Positions 31,105 through 41,345 of a stretch of 64,000 nucleotides of DNA are shown here, one piece after another. The translations under genes and the position numbers were made by a program. Origin of the DNA: Balanoglossus misakiensis (taxonomy: Eukaryota > Animalia > Hemichordata); assembly GCA_040954595.2 (NCBI GenBank), contig CM082587.2:6561705-6625704 (forward strand), written 5' to 3'. Position 1 is the stretch's first letter. Each line of letters opens with the position of its first letter. Below the pieces are notes generated by a model. The model searched no databases. It saw only the letters and a program-made list of their open reading frames with translations, and was not told where the DNA came from.

Positions 31105-31420
31105 ACCGTTAGTGTTTGTGATCCGTGACAACACAACCCCTATGTAAAATTGCGGGCTACTTTCAATGACTTTCATCGTTTACTTATAAAGGGCCGGTGT
31201 CGTCCCGTCTGCGGCTGCGTTACACAGTAACTGAAAAGTGTAACTGCTACAATGTACATCATTGAAAACAATATGGTTGTTACTTTGTGTTACAATGTAC
31301 ATCGTGTCAAACAATGTGTCGTTACTTTTTATCACATTTGCATCAATGTCAGAAGTGGGATACAGCAGAAGTATATTTTACATAGGGGTTGTGTTGTCCT
31401 GGATCATAAACACTAACTGT
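31105..31420. mobile_element. MITE-like element with ~45-bp terminal inverted repeats
   Basis: gttagtgtttgtgatccgtgacaacacaacccctatgtaaaat (31108-31150) is nearly the reverse complement of attttacataggggttgtgttgtcctggatcataaacactaac (31375-31417). An internal ~43-bp direct repeat lies at 31248-31330. Confidence 0.7.
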
Positions 31421-32305
31421 GACTGAGTACTAGTATCTCAGCTTGACGGAAGATCAACTTTTTCGTAACGCGAGACGGGAATTGCTAAATTGCTGAAGTT
31501 GCGTGTATTTCACAGACATGACTTTCATTTCTCGTTTCTCTAAGAGCATGCGCATTTTAAGACCTGTATAGGGGGCCATAAAAAGACAGTGACGTCGATA
31601 CGATAGTCTGGAAGTGTTGTCTCATCATCGACAAATACGATCAGATGAATTCGTCGACACACAATCACGTTTGCATAATTAAACACACTTACTTTCTCAA
31701 ATTTGTAAGTGTCGAGGCAATCGCGAATGTTCACGCTCTCACGGGCGGCTAAACGGAGAAACGAGACACTTTGTATGCAATATGTGTCAAAGTCACATTG
31801 TTATGCACACGTGTCTCAAATAACGCTTTAAGTCCGCAACAGGGATTTGCCGACTTTTCCAGGTACCTGGGAGCGGACTATTTCCTGACTTTGCATAATA
31901 TTTGATCGTGTCCAGACTGAAGTATTTTATTCACTTTAGTCATGGTTACCTGTCCACTACTGTACTGGTCGCCATAAAATTAAAATTAAACATGGGTCGT
32001 GAGACTAGCAGGATACCCCCCCCCCCCAAAAAAAGTGTCAATTATTTATTCCAGGAGTTATCACCGCCGAATTATTTATAGTACATTGTACATGTACATG
32101 TACTTCGCACTTCGGCGTGGTCTTCGAGTATTCCTTCGCAGGACTAGGCGCGCCCTCATCGCTCATGAACGCAGACACTTTTCATTCGTCCTCACGTGAG
32201 CAAGTCAACAGCAAGGATCGACCTCAGTATAATCGGATTTCATACTCTTCATGATCACCATGGCAACAATAACATTTTTCCTGTTCTCTACTTCCAGATA
32301 TCTCT

Positions 32306-32683
32306 ATGGCCGGTTCAGAAATACGACTGCTGTTGGGGGTGACGATTTGCCTGTACCTGCTAGTGTGCTGCTGCACACAGCTGATCTCGGCAACTGACGA
32401 GGACTGGACGGAGGAACAGAACGACGAATACGGCGTCGACAAGAAGAACGCTCACTTGTTCACCAGCCGGCTCTTGTCGGGCCTGCAGAGCGGCTTCAAG
32501 GAACGCCGAAATGCCAATTTGTTCACCCAGCGACTGCTCAACAGCATGAGACACGACTTTGGACGGGACAAGAGGAACGCCAACCTGTTCACCCAGCGAA
32601 TACTGTCCAATTACTTGAAAGGATACAAAAGGATGAGGGAGTCGAGAGAGTACGAGCCGGTGGGGGCGTTGGGTGAAGATTAG
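32306..32683 (+). CDS. Neuropeptide/peptide-hormone precursor, 125 aa, three related peptides, family unassigned
   Basis: Signal peptide (MAGSEIRLLLGVTICLYLLVCCCTQLISA), acidic spacer, then KK-NAHLFTSRLLSGLQSGFKE-RR-NANLFTQRLLNSMRHDFGRD-KR-NANLFTQRILSNYLKGY-KR and an acidic tail. GC-rich coding composition; acceptor cttccAG at 32297; AATAAA at 33016. Confidence 0.9.
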   Translation: MAGSEIRLLLGVTICLYLLVCCCTQLISATDEDWTEEQNDEYGVDKKNAHLFTSRLLSGLQSGFKERRNANLFTQRLLNSMRHDFGRDKRNANLFTQRILSNYLKGYKRMRESREYEPVGALGED

Positions 32684-35600
32684 GTAAATAAATCGGTGGA
32701 GTTCGGAAAATGGTCAATTATCTGCACACATTGATTTCCCCTCAAAGCACTGACAGAGCGAGAAAGACATGCAGCTATCGCCGGTGTTCTTTAGATGTAT
32801 AGGCAACATTTGTTCACTTTTCAGGGTCCACTGACGGTATTTGGCCTCGACTATTGATTGCTTTGGTTGAATATGTTCGAAAATCTTCTAATTCGTTTTA
32901 CTAATTGTGTATTCTCTTTCTGTTCTGACAATCCAGGGTCGGAAGAATCTCGTGGTGCCTAATGAAGTTTACGCAGTGACTCGGAGTCAGGACTGACGCT
33001 TTCATCCAGGCTGTTAATAAACGCATTGAACTTCGCTGTGGAAAACAAGTGTAGCATCCCACCTTGGCTTAAAAAAAAAATAACGAAAAAGTTGAAATAT
33101 TCAGTTTAAAAAATAAATTTATGGTAAATATTGAGTCATAATTAACAAATTTAAGACGAAAATGTCTACTACTGCCCGCTGTCTTTCAGTAGTATTCCCG
33201 GAACAAGCGCCCTCTGTAGTTGTTTCGGCGGACCGCTAACTTCTTTCGTTTGTTCCAACTTCATTTTGAAGTGTGCAACATACTCTCTTTTTGTCTCCCC
33301 ATTTTCAGCATCGCTTTTAAACCTGACTGTTTCTTAGAGTAGACGCGTTGGTCTCGCAAAGCGTACTGCTTGACCTTAAACACTGCGCACGGAGAAATCA
33401 CAACAGCACACGCAGAAATCTGCCACGAGCTGAGCCAGCACGAATAATTAACAGCAAAAACAAAATCGCACTGAATGTTCCCTGCAAATTACCTTTTGCT
33501 GTGGTTTTCAAAATCAGACTAACTTTGAGAAATTTTGCAAGCGATGTCGACGCCATGTAACAAATACGAGACCATATCGATTATTTTTCCTTCTTTGTGA
33601 AATTAATATCGCCTGTACAGTTAGCTAAATGACGAAACACTGTTCGTGTAAAAAAAATAGGCTGATACTAGCTTACCGGCTTTAGTGTTGAAGAATTTCG
33701 AGTTCAGGCAAAAGAAAAGAAACTCAAGACATTGTATAACCTTAAAGTCTCTGTTAAATGACGATATGGTTGATTATTAAAATTAACCTCCCCCTGGTCT
33801 TTGCTGTAAGCTTCTGTCTTTACTTAATATTCTGTAATTACGCCCTGCATATAATGACTGTCATGTATCATTTTTGGTTCCATTAAAGCGCAAAGTTATG
33901 TATTTTTAGAATCGTTCTGTCTCCTTGTGTACTGATCTGAGAAGAGTCTATAGTTTCCTTCCATTGCACATGTACTAGTAAGTTGCGTCGTGTGAATGCC
34001 AGTGAGAAAAAAGGGGTTGGACGAGGGTAACGGTGCGTGACGTATGAATATATTAACTTCTTATGACCAATGGGGTGTGTTCGAATTTTCCGGCCGACAA
34101 TGTCAACTTTGGTCAGACAGACAAGATGGCGAGCTGTATTGACTGGTGTGTTTGCTGCTCTTGTTTGGCTCAGGGTTAGTAAAACCAGAGGTGTATAGTA
34201 TGTAACTGTGCTCGAATGGGAGGTAAATTGCTTTGAATGTCATCTGGCCTGAAAATACCATCATTGAGAAACATGGCTTGTTTGATTTGATCTCTATTGA
34301 ATGTATCAGCACTTATCATGACCAGTGAGTTGCGATGACGTGTAGTAGAACGATTCCAGCGTGAACTGTATACGTAAATTCTCATGTGAAGTAAAACAAC
34401 CAATAATAATTGTAGAGGCTTTCCGTTTTATCTATTGAGAGACGAACCATTCGCCTTTGTTTGAAGAAGAAATGAAAGCGAGAATAAGGAAGTGATAGCT
34501 TTGAAGGGAAGTTCACATTGTCCTAGGCCGACTGATGGATGAGCAGACTTTGACATCGCCCCCAAACCATCAGTTGTGTTCGACACCTGAAGAATGTCTA
34601 GCTGTTAAGCAACTGGTAGTCGATGAATTATAGATAAGCACGGCGTTATAGAGCCTGAATAAAAAATGCACACGCATGTCTCGCTGTATTGCTGTGGGAC
34701 ACTACACAGCGGAAATTGTGCTGACTTCAAAATGCAATTCAAACGAACATCCAAAATCTCTCAAAATTACAGTCGCGAGATTTGTAACGAAGGTGCAAAC
34801 GACCAGAGTGTTCGAACTATTTGGCTGAAAAATAAAGGGAAGAACCTTGCCCGCGGAGCGCCATATTTTTTAGAAGCTCAGAAATGTAATCCATGGAATA
34901 CACATAGACACTAACATCTTCAACTGCTTGGTTGGCCACCAGGCACCACTTATAAGATATCAATGGTTATTTAAGACTTAAATAAAAAATAAATAGATAC
35001 TAGATAAAAGTAAATTATTATGAAAGCTTTTTGTAAGAGGCATACGTCCGAGGTTAGTGTGAGTAGGTGCTTAAATAAGTGATGACGTCAACAGAAGGTT
35101 GAATGCCGGCAAAAAAGTCACTCTTGGGAATTTGATGGAACTGGGGAGAGACGGTAATTAATACGACTAGACTCAATCACTGGCTAACTGTTATCTTTAT
35201 CTCGTCTGAAAAGTAAAGAAATCTTACAGTTTCTCGATGCAAATTGAATCATCCACGGTCACGAATGTCTTTGAGTGATGATACACGTTGAAAGAAGGAG
35301 ACAGTCGTGTGTATTAAATGTTTTATACCTATGAGGCCATCGTCGCCTTTAAGAACAAAAAACAGCGAAAACGAGACCCATTAAATTTTCAATTACCCTT
35401 GTCGAGTTGCAATTTCCAATGCCTTTCTTGGGATTTTTTTCAAAAAAGGCATCGAATGAGCCAACAAGCTTCGAATTAGAAGCGACAGAAGTGGGGATAT
35501 GTACATTTTCGCAAGTTGGTGATAATCCGAAACGGTAAGTACGCCGTGTGTATATAGTCGTAAATTAGGCTCAGGTTGAGGTTAACTGCAACACTACAGA

Positions 35601-36798
35601 ATCCGTCAACAAAATTGCGAATCAGACGTGCCGGATAATGGTCATCTTCTACATTAAAAACTGTAAGGACTGTACTGAACATCGATATGTTTTTCTCGAG
35701 TCAACACGTGTCTTTTTGTGAGACTTGCAACAAGTTATACAATAAATATTTCTTTTCAACTGATATTGACAACAATGTATACATTTACTGTGGTTCGTAT
35801 CAACCGGATTGATGAAAAAATGATAGTTAGTATATTCGTCCTGTGCAGCTCAAACTGTGTTTATTGTAGGCCAGTGAGTAAATGTGAAGAAGTCAAACCA
35901 GGACTAATTTACAACTAGTATTACGTTACACCTGAGTGCATGTTTCACTAAAACGCACGCTTCCTTTAAAGGCACACCTTTTTATCGGATTTATTTTAAA
36001 CTGATTAACATAATGCAGATTTCAATGCAAAACAAAACGTGTGCATGCACCACACAAACATTAAATGTCAACAAAAGCTAATGCGAGAATCAGGGATTGG
36101 AATTAGCCCCTTTAACGATGACTGAAGCACAACGCTCCAGCAAAATATTTGTGTGCAGTTTCTGGTGAAGGCAATCATAGGTGCTGCGTCTTGTCGCACG
36201 TTTTTGTCAAGTATTAGATCATCACTGGCTGCATGGTGGTGCGAGAGAAACCGAAAAGTCAAATTCTCGGACCAAAATCGGATGTGTTTCTTTATGTGTT
36301 CTTTAAATAGAGTTCAACTTAAATAACCGATGTCTCCCTTCCAAAGTCTCCAATTCGTGACGGTGAGGGACTAAAGGCTACGGACGAAAACGGCTTCCAC
36401 GTGTTTTGAACTTAATACACTGTACACGTGGAGTCGGCTGATCATATTCAAAAATCTACTCATATACATATATTTGTCCGGTGGTCGCACTCTGGCTATT
36501 ATGTATGGAGCGTGCGGGTCCGACCGGACCAGGCCTGTCGTCCACCTCTTTACACTATCTCACAGCGGCATTTCTGCACCAGTTTGTCATAGCCAATTGT
36601 GCCGCAGCAGTCCGGCATTACCCAGCCTTCGTCGACATCCACGATGACGCCGTCGCAACACATACTTGCATAATCCATGTATTCCAGGACGTCACACTCC
36701 ACTTCCTGGCGGGAAAATAAAACATTGTGTAAGTAAGTCTTTAAAGGGACAGTCTGTCTCTCGCTGCCCCTTTTACATTAGTTATGTTTGATACAAGA

Positions 36799-37036
36799 GA
36801 CCGTTTATGTAATAATGTACATGTGTATATGTAGCGAATGAACGTTCAACCACATGCAACTTCCATCCCAGTTGTATAATACAGTATGAGAGTAAAAACT
36901 CGGCCAAAATGAATAATAAATGGTAAACACCGATTATTCATTTTGGCAAGTTTTTCACTCACGTGTCTACAAGCGGGATGGAGGGTGTGTGTGGTTGAAC
37001 GTCGATTCACTATATATCCACATTAATGTAAACGGT
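36799..37036. mobile_element. Diverged palindromic foldback/MITE-like element
   Basis: The arms pair along their length: aacgttcaaccaca/tgtggttgaacgt, tccatccc/gggatgga, gccaaaatgaataat/attattcattttggc around a ~15-nt loop. Confidence 0.7.
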
Positions 37037-38764
37037 GTTTTTTCTGTGCATTCCGTGCAGAGGTGGCCCAACGGGCCGTAGCTACACGGTCGTACACGTA
37101 CAGTGCTCTCGCGTCATATGATTCTTTATTGGATAGGCAGGTCATAAATACATTTCACATATCAAATTATTCCAATTCAACAATAATACGGATGCCTGTG
37201 GGTAAACTCTTTCGGAAATGTCAGCCAAACTACGACAAGTTTTGTAACTGTGTCAGCACTTTTGATGCGGGTCACGTGACGTGACTTGAGAGCGAAGTTG
37301 TCGTTGCTGATTGGTTGGAGCCACCTGGACCACTTCCACTTGGAAATTTCCGTCTAGCCTTCCGTGCATTTTCATAAGAGAGTCAGACGGCGACGCTGCT
37401 GCACGGACCACGAGAAGATGCGGAAAACTCTGGCCCCCAAAACAGAGTTTCTCCGCTGGATAGTTTTCACGACGACAGCGGTAAGTAAAGTAACAGAAGT
37501 AGACACATTTACTCAATTTTTGAACAGAAACATGGGTTATTTTGTGGCGAGTTACGAGCAACTAAAAAGCCAGACGTTTACACCACAGAATTGAACAAAA
37601 TTGATGCGTCACAGTCAGACAGCTCGAGTCAGGGCTTTCCTGCGTTTTAATTCACAAATTCCACCCTTTCGCGTTACTCAACTTGAGATGTACGGTTTAT
37701 CAAATTAAGACAAGTCGGTGTTGTAGCTCTACTGGTGGGCGGCGGGTCTTTTTAGCATAAAAACAAGGTAGTTTTTCGGGAAAGGGGAAGGGGTTACGTT
37801 GAATTGGTAGTGGGTTCGATGAATTGACAGCGGGTCCACGTGTAGTCAGCGCGTTTTCGAGTGTGAGCGAATGCAAATTTTGTATCATGCTACCATACAA
37901 TGGCAAAAATAAGATTTAAAACGCTTTATTGGGAACGGTTATTTTTATGTGTCCGTACAGTTTTTGTCAAATTTTTTTTTCATCGTAGTTTAAAATGTTC
38001 CGCTTGGATGTAGGCCTAAACTTGAAAATATGTAAACGTACATAGTGCCACGCTGGGGTTTCAGGCTACTTGTCGGTCAGCGAAGCCCTAAAACATGTAC
38101 TGTCGTCGGGTATGATGTACAATATGCGAACGAACAACATTTTAGCGTACGGTGATCACGGTTGATAGTTGGTTTCGTGTTCATGGATAGGCATTCAATT
38201 TGTTTCCTTACTTTTTGCAGGCCCGGATGAACTGGTTGTGTGTACGTTCCACGCGGATGCTATGATGTTGTACAAGCATGATGTCAGAGTAAGCGGTATT
38301 AGCCAAATTTTGGGCAATTTTTAAGATCTTTCAACGATTCTGACTGGTGCCGGTAGCCAGTTCAGCGAACCGATTTTGCACAAATCTGAAGAATGCAACA
38401 ATACGGATGCCATATGTGGATGTCATTACAGTTTGAAAACCAACATGACTACATGCTCGGTGCATGGGTCATTTTTGTTACGGCACCAACAAGTTCATCG
38501 GCTTTGAATGCTTCGAAAGGTGCTCGTTGTTGTGAGTGTGTGTGTGTGCATGTGTGTGTCACGGTAAGTTGTACGGTATATTAGGGCCATGCAACTAGCC
38601 TACAATGAGGTGAGCGTATGTATGTTCCATGGCTGAATGAAGACCAGTGGATGGTATGAAGTTTCATAACAAGTAAGTTATATAGGCATAAATAAAATCC
38701 CCGGTGCGGGTGGGTCCCATCCCTCAGACAGTCGGTTAATACTTAATACAGGTTTTTTCAGATA

Positions 38765-40168
38765 TGTCATCTTTCGTCATTATTCAATAAAAAAATATTA
38801 AAAACATACATGCACTCATAATACTGGGAGTGGTTTATTTCCGTACCGATCATCTTAGAGCGTGCGTATATAGTTAATATAACTTTTTTGACCTTGTCAT
38901 CTTTCGTCATTATTCAATAAAAAATATTAAAAACATACACGCACTCATAATACTGGGACTGGTTTATTTCCGTACCGATCATCTTAGAGCGTGCGTATAT
39001 AGTTAATATAACTTTTTTGACCTTGTCATCTTTCGTCATTATTCAATAAAAAATATTAAAAACATACACGCACTCGTAATACTGAGAGTGGTTTATTTCC
39101 GTACCGATCATCTTAGAGCGTGCGTATATAGTTAATATAAGTTTTTTGACCTTGTCATCTTTCGTCATTATTCAATAAAAAAAATATTAAAAAACATACA
39201 CGCACTCGTAATACTGAGAGTGGTTTATTTCCGTACCGATCATCTTAGAGCGTGCGTATATAGTTAATATAACTTTTTTGACCTTGTCATCTTTCGTCAT
39301 TATTCAATAAAAAATATTAAAAACATACACGCACTCATAATACTGGGACTGGTTTATTTCCGTACCGATCATCTTAGAGCGTGCGTATATAGTTAATATA
39401 ACTTTTTTGACCTTGTCATCTTTCGTCATTATTCAATAAAAAATATTAAAAACATACACGCACTCGTAATACTGAGAGTGGTTTATTTCCGTACCGATCA
39501 TCTTAGAGCGTGCGTATATAGTTAATATAAGTTTTTTGACCTTGTCATCTTTCGTCATTATTCAATAAAAAAAATATTAAAAAACATACACGCACTCGTA
39601 ATACTGAGAGTGGTTTATTTCCGTACCGATCATCTTAGAGCGTGCGTATATAGTTAATATAACTTTTTTGACCTTGTCATCTTTCGTCATTATTCAATAA
39701 AAAATATTAAAAACATACACGCACTCATAATACTGGGACTGGTTTATTTCCGTACCGATCATCTTAGAGCGTGCGTATATAGTTAATATAAGTTTTTTGA
39801 CCTTGTCATCTTTCGTCATTATTCAATAAAAAAAATATTAAAAAACATACACGCACTCGTAATACTGAGAGTGGTTTATTTCCGTACCGATCATCTTAGA
39901 GCGTGCGTATATAGTTAATATAACTTTTTTGACCTTGTCACCTTTCGTCATTATTCAATAAAAAAAAATATTAAAAACATACACGCACTCATAATACTGA
40001 GAGTGGTTTATTTCCGTACCGATCATCTTAGAGCGTGCGTATATAGTTAATATAACTTTTTTGACCTTGTCATCTTTCGTCATTATTCAATAAAAATATT
40101 AAAAACATATGTACTGATAAAACTAGGAGTGGTTTATTTCCGTACCGATCATCTTAGGGCTTGCGTAT
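38765..40168. repeat. Tandem array of ~129-132-bp units, 10 full copies plus one partial
   Basis: Unit starts at 38765, 38895, 39024, 39153, 39285, 39414, 39543, 39675, 39804, 39936 and 40068; copies are near-identical. Confidence 0.97.
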
Positions 40169-41234
40169 GTCTCTGTTAGCCTGTTTCTATACAGGTAAAA
40201 TAACTTGTTTACTTTCCAGTTTTTTTTGTTGAGATCTGTAATCTTTACCCGTTTACCACAACTCCGATCAATAAAACGTTATCGAAACATACTGGTGTAA
40301 CCAGAGTGGTTTATTTTGCACCCTTCTTTGCGTTTGTAGGCTGTTAGTTTGTTTTTATGTTATTTACTTTCTTGAGATTTGTAGTTGATGTTTTCTTTCG
40401 TTTTCATGAATATTATAGACTTACATTTCATTTGCTTGTTTTGCAGATGCAGATACCAGAGTTTGTTTCCCCATGCAGCGGTATAGCTGGGGAGGGAGGG
40501 GCAGGTATGTTCCATCCCCGAACGATCATGAACATCGGTCATTCACTTCACTTCATTTCCTTGTTTTGCAGATCCAGAGACGAGATCAACTCATAGTGGT
40601 ATTCATCAACCAAGCTGGGGCCTAAGTGACTAGTTATTTTCGCCATGAAGCAGCATAGCTGGGTGCGGTATGGGTAGTATGTTCAATGGCTGAACGAAGA
40701 CCAGAGGTTTCAGGCAAGGTTTGACAAACTATATAGACATCAAAGCCCCTCTTTTCATGGTGGCCATTTTGGAGATTTTTTTCGATTCAGACTGGTGCCG
40801 TCACCCAGTCAAGCAAACTGATTTTACAAAACATGCATGTAACAATATGGACCCGGTACTATATGTGGATGTCAGTTCAAGGTTTCAAAACCGACCTGAC
40901 TGCTAGATGCAAGGGGTGGCCATTTTGTTATGGCACAAACATGTCCGCCATCTTTGTAGGAGACATTCCATTTACATATTTTTCATTTATTCCAGGGATG
41001 CCATAGATGATTGCCAGCCCGTGTGATTGATGTCCAGAGATTACTGCATGGTTGTGGGAAGGTAAGAATTGTGAGAAAGAAATGTGAAGCAATGACGGAG
41101 ACAATCGGTAGGGGGTGTGGGGTGTGTTTGATCACAATGTCCAGGAGTTGTCTGTTTAACTAAGTACAATTAGAAGCTTGTATGGGCAGATCTCTATCGT
41201 TGTTGCAGTAAAATTTAATCAAGTTGCCAAACAG

Positions 41235-41345
41235 AGAGTGAAATTCCAGACAACCATACATATTTGCATAAGAGTGAAATTCCAGACAGCCGTACAGATT
41301 TGCATAAGAGTGAAATTCCAGACATGCAGCCGTACAGATTTGAAT
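41235..41345. repeat. 36-bp minisatellite, 3 copies
   Basis: agagtgaaattccagaca(a/g)cc(a/g)taca(t/g)atttgcata at 41235, 41271 and 41307. Confidence 0.85.

Noticed and set aside
38765-40168. CRISPR-like regular array
   Set aside because: Units are contiguous and near-identical with no unique spacers; eukaryotic context with no cas genes.
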